Origin: Botryllus schlosseri
Taxonomy: Eukaryota
Direction of reading: 5' to 3'
Length of the DNA: 64,000 nucleotides
Assembly: GCA_051294905.1 (NCBI GenBank)
Contig: CM119372.1
Coordinates: forward strand, 23,252,001 to 23,316,000
How positions within the stretch are numbered: position 1 is the stretch's first letter; each line of letters begins with the position of its first letter. The position numbers were made by a program, and so were the translations under genes. The notes under the pieces were generated by a model. That model was not told the DNA's origin, did no database searches, and saw only the letters and a program-made list of their open reading frames with translations. This document shows positions 26,301-39,492 of the stretch, piece after piece.

Positions 26301-29300
26301 TTTCCCATTTCAAGAAAATGACTCGAGTCAAGTCGAGTCACAAAAAAATCGTGACTCGAGTCTGACTCGAGTCGAGTCATGACTCGAGTCATTACAACCC
26401 TGACTCACACCATATGGGATCCGCGCTGCGTGTTCTGACGTTGATGTCGAAGAGATGGGTAACGAGTAGGGCTGGGCAAAATCGAGTACCTGAGTGATTC
26501 GATTCTGAATCACGTAAAATGCTTCGAGTCGAGTCGAGTAATCGAGTATCACTCATTATGACGTCATAGCATAATATTATTTGTCAAAGTTCAAATATGT
26601 ACCTTTTAAGCGACCACAAAGAATATAATGCCTGTTACCTATCATATTAAGGATACTATATTATTTTTTTCGACCATACCGATTTCAGTGCACTTGGTGA
26701 CAATATTGTGGGATGATCATGACTTCGGAAATGTGCTATTTCCAGTAACGTTCGTAGCTTTGTACTTCATGTTTCGTATGCTACGATACGGCCAATCAAG
26801 GTTTCAAGGCTTCAACAGTGAAATTAGCATAAACTCGTTGATCGTTGATAAACTCCTCGTTGATAAATCAACTTTCAGTGGTGAGGAGCGTATAATTTCA
26901 GTACTCGAAAAAATCGTCTTTTACTACTCGACTCGAATCATTAAAATTAATACTCGATTCAGATTCGAGTACTCGAATCATTGTACCCAGCCCTAGTAAC
27001 GAGACGGACACATAATTACAAAGTTCCATGGCCAAGTCTGAGATGGGCCGATGCCGACTACAGGATATCTGCCAAAATGTTGGAGGTTTATTAGGGCGCT
27101 TCCTCGCCATCCGATTTGCGGAAGTGTGTTTTGCTAAAGACCGGCAGCAAGCAATGCAGAAAATCGGACCCGTGAGAAATGGTCAGTGAAGTCGAAACAC
27201 CGTGAATAGGCTATAATAAATTGACAGCAACAGCGAACTTCATATCCAAACCATTGAAATTTCGTTGTTCGTACACAAAAATAGTACCTTTTTTTGTATT
27301 GCCTGTACCATTAAACCCTTCGTTCAAGGCAAAAACTGGCGGATTTCTCATTTCTCTGCGCGGCGTCAGTGGAGGCAAGTGTCTTTCGTGGTGACTTCTT
27401 CTATGGTGTCGCCCTCCATCACCTAGTTCCTCCTGAACAGGCATCGTTTAATGTTATAGCAGGCAATTTAAAGCTTTTTCACAGCACCAGCCACGAGAAA
27501 TCCGGATTAAAATATTGCATGAAAGATTCTAGTTATGTATATATATAGAGAGGGAGTAGGTGTATATGATGCCTTCTGGAGTAATACGTCACAACTTTGA
27601 TGACGCTACAGTGTTCAACATCAAATGTGAGTGGTATTAGTGCAACTTGGAATTTTCTGCGTTATTTACTTTTTGTCAGTTTTTACAGTGCTACAGGAAG
27701 TGACAGATTGATATGTCGCATACTAAAGTGTAACCATTGTTATGTACTATTATGTCATTGGAATTGTCATCAACTGTTCAATAGTTAGAGTCGGCAACGA
27801 AACGAACGTAGTCTCAGTCTGAATATCTTTATTTTGTTATTGCCGTTCATGATTATGTCACAAGGACAAAATTCTTTCTATATTTCGAATTTGGTTTACC
27901 TCATTCACTGAAGTTCGCTCCTGATGAGAGCCAGTCGAAAACCTTGGATTGGAATAAATGTGGCAATATGAACATATTGTTTGCTGCTATAAATGATCAT
28001 TCATTGCAGGTTTTCTGTAGTTATGGGGTATTGAATGGGCAGGCTAGGTGTCGTCGAATACTACACAACACATCGGACATAAGCAAATGAGTCAGGACAA
28101 TTGCTACGAAGTGGTTATCAAAGAGATTTGTGACGTAAGTCACTACGTTTTAACGCTAGCCTCTTTAAACAAAGACGGTTGATTTCATGTGATGTCGCAT
28201 CGTCAATTCGAACCATACATATTTGTAACGTATGCGAGATTAGAACTCACCCATAATTTGTGTAACAATTCGTTCCTTTTATCCATTTTGCGATAAAATC
28301 TTTCTCTTTTCCTCTCTGAACAAATGGAGGCAGAACAGTGTTTTGAGACGGATCCTGGACTCATATAGCCGTGACGGTAACCAAGGCATCATCGCAAAAC
28401 TGGGGCCCCGCTGACTACGTAAACATTGTAAATCAACCGCGATTTTCCAGATATGTGCCGAGTAAATATGACATCAAATGGTAGAGAGCGAAATGTGTAA
28501 CTATCTAATGGGATAATTTGTAACAGCGATTTTGCCAATTCCGAGAAGTAAACATCATTCATTGTCGCCTCAATTCATCGTAACGGGGCGGTTGGTACAC
28601 ATTACACTAGCTACTGATAGCTATTTTTCGTTGAAATACCGTCTGGCGGTTCGAGTATATTTGCTGGTTATTGATCGCACCATGCCCACTCCCCTACACC
28701 ATCATTCAATATTACTTATTTTCAGGCGGGTGAATTAATGTATTTCTAATATTTCTAATGAACAATTTGTACTTCAATTATAACTAAGAAAATGCTCGGT
28801 AGTACCCGTACTCGAAGGTACCCAACAGAGAGTCTCATTTCGAATGAGCAGTTAGCTAACAACCGCTACACAAGTTCACAACATTTTACGTGAAAAGTGG
28901 AAGTTGAAAGAAGTACATTTTGTCCAGTTAAACCATGAGTTTTGCAAGCCACAGGTCATAAAAAGGTACAATTATACACGGTGAAGGCCCATTGCTATGT
29001 GTTGATGGGGGTTGATTACCAGATAAAATGACATAAATAGATCTGACGTGTTTCTGATGAAGTCAACACAGCTATAGGTAGACGAACCTCGACTTCAGTT
29101 TCGCGTGTAATCCGAGACCACCTTGACGCTTGTTTACTCTATACATTATACATTGATATGTAGGCCTACTCAATTAACTAGTTAGGCCTATAGGTCAAAT
29201 TGAGAGTTCACTGATAGGTCTACAATGGCGTATCGCCAGACTGTTTCATGCGTGAATCAATTTCATCTAATCAGAATATTGTTGGTTTAATATTGTTGAT

Positions 29301-32300
29301 TTTTGATATTCATCGTCTGATTTACGCGATAATTATTTTGAAACTTCCGTTTCCATGGAAGTACCTTCAAATTGATACTAATGAGTCATTGGGCGCTTGG
29401 AGAGACGCGTCTAACCGTTCCCTATCGCAATATTTGTGCCGCTCCGACACCGATGTTTACTTTCTATTCGATATAGGCGATTGGGACAATCTGAACAATA
29501 GCCGCGGATAATCTATAAGCTCTTCGCATTGTGACAGTGCGGATTCTCAAACATTTGCTAGGCCACCCAAACGTCAATCGGATGGATAAACATACCGTAA
29601 TCTCAATAGTGTGGAATCTATCTATGCCCAATTACTCAACTGTATCCGCTTTGCTCCAAAACAAGATTGGTGTACTCCCATAACGGCCCCGCGTGAGGAA
29701 ACTTCAGGCAGGCATATAAGCATCGTTCAATACTTCAGATCCGCCACATTTGTAGTAATATTGTAAGGCCAGTGAACAATGATATCAAACAAGTAGGCTA
29801 ACGGGTGGTGATTAGATAGTCATCAATTGTAAGCACATGTGGTACACCCAAATTCAGATGGTACAAATAACCTCCTAGTTCAAGTTTCCTTGGGTATTCA
29901 AGTTTATTTGTTACGGCGACTTGGAAATTTCGATCTTTTGAATGTTGCTCATGACGAGTCTATAACTCAATCAATAAATCTATATAGAGATGGTGGTTAC
30001 GAAAAGTGAGTTCGCATCGCATTTGCATGCAGGCGATATTCGCAGCGTCCATTTCATAATAGTTATGCAGCGTATATTTGATACGATTTGCAATCTGCAA
30101 TGGGGTAAACGCAATTGCGAAGCATAATTGCCTTCAAATATGTCACGCAGCGTATGCAGCGAATACACATTCATGATGTCCATTACATGTAATATAATTC
30201 AGCACCCATAGTAATACCCTGAGATTGAACTATAGATGGGCCCATTCGCTGCGACGCAAATTATTTCATATTTGTATCATTACATAGGTAAATTCGGGGA
30301 AGCGAGTGGCGCAGTTGGTTAAACACTGCAGTCACGACACCAATGGTTACTGGTTCGAGTCTCGGCTCTGCCATGTTTCTATGTGTCGGAGGTTTATCTG
30401 GGCTCCTCATCGCCGATCCCGCTGTACATACAGCGCCTTGAAAAGCCCAGAGAAAGAGAGAGCCGAACTCCCGAAAGATGGCATCAAAAGACTAAGTTGC
30501 GGGCGCATGAAAATCGAGAGAGACTGATGGTGGAAGAGCGCGTGCATGGAAGTCGTCCGTAATCTGACGAAAAAGACCGTAAAAGACCGTTGAAATTACT
30601 GAAATTGATGTACTGGGCGCAAATGACCTTATAGGCGATAAGCGCCAAAGTTGTGCGAATAAAACAAACAAAACAAACATAGGTAAATTTTAAATGGCGC
30701 AATCTCTTTATTGATCCACTACAACATGGACAGATTTTTTCGACCTATCGTGCATGTTTTTCACTCCGACATCATAACCGCTTTCAACGCAAATGATAGA
30801 TAAAAGTATGACCTAAATATATTTCAAGTCAATCAAACAATAACATTACTTGGTGGTATTAGCAATCTTTGCTTATTTAATTTATGTATATCCGGATAGT
30901 TCAAAATCGTTATTTATTAATACAAAGCCTACGATAATATTCAGCGCGTGATATAGAATATACGGATGGTGTCTTAGGATTGTTGTCACCATGCCTGTTT
31001 TATTGACCAACCATGAGTTCAACAATTATAGGACGGTCAACAAACACACAAATACTCTATAGTCGATTACGGGTTACAAACTTCACAGTATCATACATCT
31101 TACAAAATTAGATTTGTCGAACACTTATCGATATCACAAGTATAGTAGGTCATACCAGGAATATTGATCCAGCTCTGAAGCGACCTATGTAAATAGGAAA
31201 CTCCAGGTACCAGATATGACGGGAGTATCACGACACTTATCCGTAATAACAATGCAAATTCAGATATCAGAAGGTGTAATTCTAATCTCATAAATTAGTT
31301 TGCCTTTCACTCCACAAATTCGTAATGTCGATTGCTTTGCAAATTATGCCGTATTGTTTCGTATGGAAATATCTCGACATCCAGTAATTGCAATTATTTA
31401 ATCTAATAAGGGAAAGAATTGACTGATACAAGTTATCGTCAGCCCGTCCGATACTTTATATACGAAAAGTAGCTTTGAACATCTGTATTGATATAGAGGG
31501 GAAAGTCCGTATCGAAATGACAATAATAAACAGTATAATCGGGAAACATCAACAATTTCATAATGGGTGGATTATATGAGGCGCAGATAAAAGAAACCCG
31601 GATATGCGACTGTTCGCTGTGTTGGTAACAAAGAAACCAAACACACATACGCGATACGCCGCTGCACAGAGTATCCTGAGGGAACCTTGTGATCAATAAA
31701 TGAAATCGACATCTTGATAGTAGAACACCTACAGGTAGTTTCGGCGTCGTGGAGATATTTTCTTCGCATTTGTACACCTATATTTAGCGCTATTTCGATA
31801 AGGAGTTATTGCCTTATCCAAAACCTAATATTTACCCGAAGTTTGGTGTGTATAGATAATACCCACTTGACGATTACACTACCACTTCGCGCAATATAGT
31901 TTCCTTATCGCAACAAGTCTATGGTTACTTTTCACACGGTTGGACATCAGGACATCGTGATATCTCTATCACCACAAAAGCTTGGTTTACTTCACATACG
32001 AAGCAGAAAATGTGAATTTATCACCTACATTCGTGGTGCATTGGCAAATTAGTATCATATAGCAAAGAGTTTTTCTAGCAGTTTACTGATTGGCCAAATC
32101 CGAGAGAACTTAACGGACTGATCTGATGGCTCGCTCTATCGTAGAATCGCAATGCAGATCTGCCCGAGTGGAACGTTTATACGCACGTTAAACTCTTGCA
32201 TGTAATTACATAACCATTACTCGGGATAGCCACAACGCCTGCCTAATATTAAATATTGTTAGTGCTGGTTCAAAATGTCTCCTGGTCATCGTGGTTAAGA

Positions 32301-35300
32301 AGAATACATGCGCTAAATCACGAAGATCGATCACCTGGGGTTCGATCGAACCCCAGGGCTTTGCTGAGTAATATGAATACTCTATTGATGTTCATATTTC
32401 TATTCTCGTCAACCACTTGCGGTTAGCTGAAACGTGCCAGACTAGAAGCTCACTTAAAATCACAATTCGTGGGTCTCATGCCATTCGAAATTTAAACTTC
32501 CTCGCGGCCGAACAACTTATCGCTGCGGGCTGCGGATTGCATACCCCAACTCGAAATATCAAGCAGCATCTTGAACCATTGGAAGTGCTTGACGAGTTAT
32601 CGATGCCAGGGATAGAATATAAGGTACAAAAGAGGGCGCGAATGTGTCCCGTCGCATTTTGATTCCACACAACTTGCAGCTTGCCACCCGAACTTGCGAT
32701 TTAAATAACGTTTTCTACTTCTACTTCAGATCAACAGATATATGGCCTTTTTATACTGGCATAGTTACGTTTACAGACAGTCAGCACCATCTGCACGTCT
32801 CTTTAGTGGACAGTGGACACCTATCCAAAGATATTGAGATATAGGCCGTTTAAAGCCTTCGTTCGCCTGTCTTGACCAGGAACTCTACTATAGGATCTAC
32901 AAGCCATACACCCTACCTGCCACGTACAATCGAATTAACGGATGAATCCATGAACGTTGATCTAATTCCCCAAACGAAAAAGTGGACTGGGGATATCGAA
33001 GCCCACACCAAAACATATTTTGTGCATCACGATATTTTGAATTCATAAATCTAGATTTGTGTCATAGAGCATTTTCAAATAATCGCAATCGCTTTGTAAA
33101 AGAACGATTACATTTGACGTGTACAAGGAGTATGACTTAAACTAAACATTCGTGACAAGAAATAGTGGGATAGTGATGGCAGGAACGTCGAATTTTCAAA
33201 CTCAACTGATCATTATTACATCACAAGCTTTGGTCGTTTCAGCGTAACAAATTATCCACACGTAGTACAAATAAATAGGTATTCGATGTATTTTGATTGA
33301 AAGAACCACCATTATACCGTGTGTCAGGTTATTAATACATACCAGACCTCACTACCTCGCTGTAGGAGGATAATAATCACCACCACTCTGCCTAGTTTCA
33401 AATAGCAACCAAATTGTTGATGTTTCGTTATGCTTAGTTAAACGCAGTTTGAACGTCGCTACTTCGCGAGAAGTATGTACAAAGTACATCGGAAAATGAA
33501 CTGAAATTTTGTACTCGTCAAATAAAATTGACGATTTTCACATCACATCTTTGCAGTGACTCGTTGCGGCAGTTCGTAATATCTGCATTAAGTGAATTGT
33601 AGACAGTAGGCATAGGTATGCTCAACTACCAGCGGCATTATTATTCATTATGGCATAATTATATGTTCGGTTTATCTTATTCTCATATGGCTACTGCTTG
33701 AAACGGGCACTAATCGCTATTTCGCAATTCTTTACTCAACATTGGAATCTGCCGCTATAGCCATAGCTTACTCCATGCTAGCGTGGGTTGTAGCTAGAAT
33801 GAATATCGTTTGGGTGAGAAATCGCCAGCTATAAAGTTGGGCAGTGGATATATTGTGACGTAAAAAGTAAGTGACGTCACATTAAAAAATTGGGATATAT
33901 ATCTGTAATCAGGTTCATTTCTTTTGATTAGCTTGACCGCGTAACAAACCCCCCTTTGCATAAAGTCCGCCACCCTCCGTTTACCGAGAGGATTGCGTCT
34001 AATCATCATTAATACTATGTAACGATTGTATATGCCAATATTTTCAAAAACTGTATGGTGTATACTAGAATATTCCAATGTGTTTAAACGTTCCTATGGT
34101 GAAATTCTGAACGTGGATAATGGCCACTCCCGTGTTTGGTTTGTTATCGAGATCATGCCGGCGACTCTCTCAATAGAGAATATTTGACTTTGAAAAATGT
34201 TTCAAAACGCTGAATAGGTGTCGTACATATGTCACATTTCACACCAAAGCAATGACTTGACCGGGGAAAACAACGCGCGTATCTTTATATGTACGTACAA
34301 TGTACATATATAAGCACTTCTTGGAAAGATCAAGTATATATTCGAGTTTGAAGGAGGATTCAGTTGTTCACGCGAGCAAACAAAAGTACCCCTCGATATG
34401 ACAATACATCCCAGCGACAACAAGCCTGACATAAAACGCACTCATTTAGCAATTGCAATTTCGTTACGAAGACGTATGTGACTTTGACGAAGACCATGAA
34501 CACGATATAGTATAGTGATAACATGGTCATTATATGAGAAATTTCAACGGCACGGCTATATATGTCCCCCTCGCATTCTTGCTATGAAAATACTGTGCTA
34601 ACCACATGGCTTAAAACCAATTGTTGATAATAGATTGATCGGACAATGGGCAGCACATCTATACCACGACGAGTAAAGACTGAATATGTTATTCTGAAAC
34701 ACATCGCACAGTTAAAACATTACGTTGTTTCGTAAATCTCAACAATAATTCGTAAAATATAGATTGTCGCCCACAGCGCGCCCGGGAATACATAACCGAA
34801 GGTTTGTGGAGTTGCGTTACACCAGTAAGAGCTCTTTACCGAAATGTTCGTCTTCTATACGTAAGTGCATATTGCAAATTTTGAATGGTGACAAAATATT
34901 AACTTGAATTCGGAAGATACAAGCTGAAATTTGTTCGAAACTGAACTTGCTCGTTGCGCTATATACTTTTCGGAAGCTCGATATTCCATAAGGCGTGAGA
35001 TTTACTCCGCAAGATGCATTATCTGAACATGATAGAAATGTGGGAGTAATAGGCTATTGGCAAGTCAGGCGAAGCAGATCTACAGGTCTTCACCTATACA
35101 ATTAGCACGTCTTTATACTACGACGAAATCATTCACGTATCTGAGAATCAAGGAGGATGATCCGTATTGTTAAGGCGTGTTTTCACTTCAAAGCGCTGGT
35201 AATGGGAAGGACGTCGCCGGATAACTGAAAATTCTACTGAAACGAACATTGTCGATTTGGTTTCAAGACAACATTTCCCGGTGTTAAACCTACCAATCCA

Positions 35301-38300
35301 GTCATTATATAGTGAAAACATTCGGACGAGATATTTTCTCTGTACACGAACGAGGGCGTAGCCCGTTTTTTTTTTGTTAGGGCGGCGGCATTTTTCAACA
35401 ATCACGTGACGTCATGGTTTCAGTGTGAAGTAGTGAAAGCATATGACGTCACAATTTCACAGTCGTACATTTAGGGGTGCGAAGGCGCCATTGCACACTA
35501 CTATTGATATATTTCGGTTGTGCTGACGACTATAGAGATGGACACAATGATTTGTGTATACTCGAATATGAATCGAGTAGGCTATTTGTTGTAATGATTC
35601 CAGTCGAGTATAATGAGAGATGATTCATTCCGTGTACTGAAATTATACGTTCCTGGCCACTAAGAGTTAACTTATTAACGATAATTTTATTTCGATACAT
35701 TTTCAATTGTGGCAGGCTGTAATCCCCGATTGGTCGTATCGCAGCGTACGAGACATGTAGTACAGAGCTACTCACGTTGGTGGATATGACATATTTGTGA
35801 AGCCGCGATCAGCCCACAACACTTCAGAAGTTAAATGAAATATGTATGGTATAGAAAAATACAACACAATATTTCATGTGATGTAGAGCTGGCATTATAT
35901 TATTTGTGGTCATGGTCACTTGAAAGTTAAATATCTGAAATTTCCACATCATCCATACGATTGTGATGTCATCGCACGTGATACTCGATTCAGAATTGAA
36001 TCATACAGGAAGCCTACTCGAACTGGCCCAGCCCTACTGATTAGTCAACATTTCGGGCGACTCTCAACCGGTCAGAGGTATAACTTTTACAGTTAAAAGT
36101 GCCCGTGTATTCCGTGTATCTGAACCATATGACAAATCACATACTCTTATGTTTATGATACTGTGAGATTTTGGCTACTGGGAAAAGCAAGAGCATTAAT
36201 ATATTGGCCGAGCGTAAACAAACAATATGACGTTCGAACATACGCGTTTAGCTCGCGAAAGCTGCGGTTTGCAATTTTTGATCACAGGCCGCCCATGAGC
36301 GCGACTTCAATGCAGTGTTGGGATCAAGTCACTCCCTTCGAGTCACGAGTCATTTCGAGTCATTGCACATTTTGACTAGAGTCAAGTCAAGTCAATTGGT
36401 TTTCGAAGGTGACTCAAGTCAAGTCAAGTCACTCGATTTTTGGAGGTGACTCGAGTCAAGTCGAGTCAAGTCAAGTCAAGTCCCGAGTCAAGTCAAAATT
36501 CAAGTCAAGTTGCCTTTTCGTAGTATGAGGCATGATTACGTCATTACATTTTGCTAGCTGTCTGAAATACACATGGGGTGGTCATTGATTTTGAACCGAT
36601 GAACGAATATAGAGTTGAATATACACCCAAGAAGGCGCTGTATCGCTCACATATACGCACCTCGTAGCCTCAGTACATAGTTACCAACCAAATTGGAGAA
36701 TAGAGGAACGGATTGATAAGATGCAATACATTATCCTTTACCCATTTACACATTGATATGATACAATTAGAGCCTGCGCCAATAGTTGAGGAGTATATAA
36801 ACCAGGGTTGTAACCAAGTCACAAGGCACCGAGTCACAAGTCAATCTCACTTTTATAGTTTTGACTCGAGTCAAGTCGAGTCATTTTCAATTCACCACCG
36901 AGTCAAGTCCGAGTCCAAGTCAGCGAAAAGAGGGTCGAGTCCGAGACACAGTATTATGACTCGAGTCGAGTCCAAGTCATTGTATTGACTGCTCAGTTTC
37001 TGTTAAAAGTCATGTTAAAATCCCTCTTTTATAACTCTATTTGGTGGTATCGAATGGTTCGATGTTATTATATACCAATTTTCCTTACTTTCAGCAGTTC
37101 TGGTCGCATTTTCAAGTACCAGTAGCAACAGACGAAATCCCAATAGTGTGTTGGCTTGGAATTACAATGAACTGTCGGTCTTGGCCGTTTGAGTCTCGAG
37201 TCAATGACTTGGCTCGAGTCATGCGCAATGACTCGAGTCCAAGTCGAGTCAATACACAGATTGACTCGAGTCGAGTCGAGTCATTTCCATATTTTGGAAA
37301 AATGACCCGAGTCAAGTCGAGTCATCAGAAAATCGTGACTCGAGTCGGACTCGAGTCATTACATCCCTGATATAAACTATATTTGAATTCAAAATCAATA
37401 AAACAACAGGTTTGGTTAAGGTGGATAAATTTCTATCATATTACTTTACTACTAGCTTAGGGCAACGTATGCTGTAAGCTTCGATCACTTCGTTTGTGGT
37501 CAATTTATTTGTGAGAGAAGAATGGCGGCTCAGTAAAGCGCACGATCATTGAATGATTGGTCGCTCTCACGGGCTACACCAGCGTTTCTCGAAAAATCCG
37601 AACATATACAAGATACAGTGATTTTTATCGGCACCGATTAATTGATGACTTGAAATTGACTCGTGAATTTTGCTCCGAGTCACGAGTGAATCCACATTTC
37701 TGATACGCCGAGTCAAGTCAAGTCAAGTCATTTTAGCAAAGTGACTCGAGTCAAGTCAAGTCATGCGAAAAAAGTGACTCGAGTCTGACTCGAGTCAAGT
37801 CATGACTCGAGTCATCTCAACACTGCTTCAATGAGATGTGTTACGAATACTAGTTCATCCTCAAGATTACCGGACCACGACTGACCTATCGATCTCGCCT
37901 TCCATGACATGCCACCCCATTTTTGTCGCTTGCTTTTTTCTATACTATCTTCTTTACTTTTCATGCAGTGTGCATGCCTCCTCTTTACATCACCTAAGCG
38001 TAGGGGGGTGTCTGATTCCATAGACTACTCCAAGTCGCTTCGACACCTTCCTATCTTTTCATTGTATCGCATTTTGTGGTGTATTGAATTGATAAAATTG
38101 CTAATAAACCAATGATGATGATGATGACGACGTAGTCCTCTGTCTCAATAAAGCAAACTGCACCGTGAATTACATATCCCGTCAACGTGAAACGATTATG
38201 AGCGCTTGCGGCGATTCATATTCAAGTCCGCCAGAAGGATCAATTTCGGAGTTCGCATAATTCGTTGCAATCAACGCCATGATAGCACCCTACCTTCTTT

Positions 38301-39052
38301 TACTGTACGGAGTGTTATACGTACAGCACTTTGGTACGGGTGCGTATTTTATCATTACAGCTGCGATATAGGTTTTATGCTTCAGGTAGGATAATCTTTG
38401 CTAACAGATAGATAGCAGGTAGATAATAGTAATTCAAAGTATTTTTCTGGGATTGATGAGTGCGAGGGAGCTAGACTTAGCACAGGGCTGGGAACGAATA
38501 AACATCTCAAGTCCGTACGTTCTCTGAGTTTTGTTGTATGAAATGAATTGTGATTTACAGACGAATTGACTACGGATTGAAACGTTATACTGACCCTATA
38601 TACCGCATTACAGAAGACTACGGTTTTCATATACAATTATACATACCTGGCGGAGGTGTGAGTGATCTTTCGGAATCGGTAGGCGTGGGAACGTACCTCC
38701 TGTGAGGTCTGTACTTGCTCGGAGTCAATACATCTCGATCCCGTTGGCTATTCCCATTCAATCTCTGCGATCGAAATTAGACACAAGTCAATAACAAGAA
38801 TATATCACTATTAGTCCTCTAATAAGACAGATAAACACTGCTACATCAACATCGCGTGCGACAAAAGCCACCATTGTAATTACCTAATCTGTCTGTCATA
38901 ATTGGACATTTTCACCTAATACGGGTTTCAGGTATTACGTGGCAATGAAAAATTCAATAGAAGGAGCCTACCTTTTGTATAACCTTGAGTTTTAGTCGGG
39001 TAAGGTCATCCAGTAAGCGGATATCGTCGCTGTACACGGAATCTGCGGGCAT
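23349..39052 (-). CDS. C21orf58: C21orf58 / DUF4587 (PRR29-related) family protein, 186 aa, 5 exons
   Basis: Exons 39052-38972 (MPADSVYSDDIRLLDDLTRLKLKVIQK), 38764-38647, 28315-28251 (KMDKRNELLHKLW), 27432-27288, 23500-23349 (DLMELMLIQNAQLQQWMMAQTL...HHHYYY...LPPIKK*). All GT-AG and phase-consistent, 561 nt in total. The motifs resemble those I recall for C21orf58 (TRLxLKLL, RRxDLLxRL, KEDMVELMLMQNAQ). Confidence 0.8.
24316..26402 (-). mobile_element. Non-autonomous hAT element, 2087 bp, young copy (in the last C21orf58 intron)
   Basis: TIR CAGGGTTGTAA; perfect TSD ACTCACAC; frameshifted dimerisation-domain remnant at ~25665-25920 (-). Confidence 0.95.
26467..26995. mobile_element. hAT MITE (TCGAGTA subterminal repeats)
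   Basis: TIR TAGGGCTGGG / CCCAGCCCTA; perfect TSD GTAACGAG; a diverged reverse copy lies at ~35530-36036. Confidence 0.88.
30296..30510 (+). mobile_element. tRNA-derived SINE
   Basis: A box TGGCGCAGTTGG, B box GGTTCGAGTC, then the shared core TGTCGGAGGTTTATCTGGGCTCCTCATCGCC. Confidence 0.75.
33370..33800 (-). repeat. Diverged internal fragment of the 2949-5303 element
   Basis: 33650-33800 is a reverse homologue of ~4010-4160, and 33375-33530 of ~4690-4860. Confidence 0.65.
36313..37825. mobile_element. hAT MITE with GAGTC/AAGTC arrays
   Basis: TIR CAGTGTTG(G/A)GAT; perfect TSD CTTCAATG. Confidence 0.88.
36803..37369. mobile_element. Short MITE derivative of the CAGGGTTGTAA family, nested in 36313-37825
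   Basis: TIR CAGGG(T/A)TGTAA; perfect TSD ATATAAAC. Confidence 0.9.
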
Positions 39053-39449
39053 TTTCCTTGTAAATACTCTCCAAACTGGACAAGCTACAACTCAACCAAC
39101 ACACCGCAAGTGAATTCTACGCTAGACACTCGAACCAGGTGTAGCAGATAGTATCTGTGCAAATTAATATCATAACAAATCAGTTCTAAATCGCCAAGCT
39201 CCCGATATCAGTCTCTGAATGACAGACCTGCTGCCTACCCTCGGTCACATCCCGTCTCTCCCAGCATACGATTTTGTGTTCTGTCCGAATAGTCGAACAT
39301 TAATCAAAAAATAAGCAAACTTACGGCGAATTGTAAACACCATAATCGCATAAATTTGACATGAAAATACATACGAATGAAATATGATTCGCATATCACG
39401 CCTAACAACCTACTGAACCGATATTGATGGCGTAGGACCAGCACAAGTC

Positions 39450-39492
39450 GTTGCCATAGCAGTGGGATCGTAGCGGTTGCCATTGGCCAAAC
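39450..39492. promoter_or_regulatory. RFX X-box-like motifs upstream of the C21orf58-like gene
   Basis: GTTGCCATAGCAG (39450) and GTTGCCATTGGCCAAAC (39476), about 400 bp upstream of the ATG; both resemble GTYNCCATRGNAAC. Confidence 0.45.

Larger units (their letters stand above)
29330..35290 (-). pseudogene. Decayed FN3/CUB-like exon relics inside C21orf58 intron 2
   Basis: ~35290-35175 GNVVLKP...EFSVIRRRPSHYQRFEVKT resembles exon 51857-51687. ~31875-31845 SSGYYLYTPNF, ~29775-29720 LALQYYYKCGGSEVLN and ~29440-29330 KYCDRE...NDSLVSI*RYFHGNGSFKII are CUB-like, with stops and frameshifts. Confidence 0.35.
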
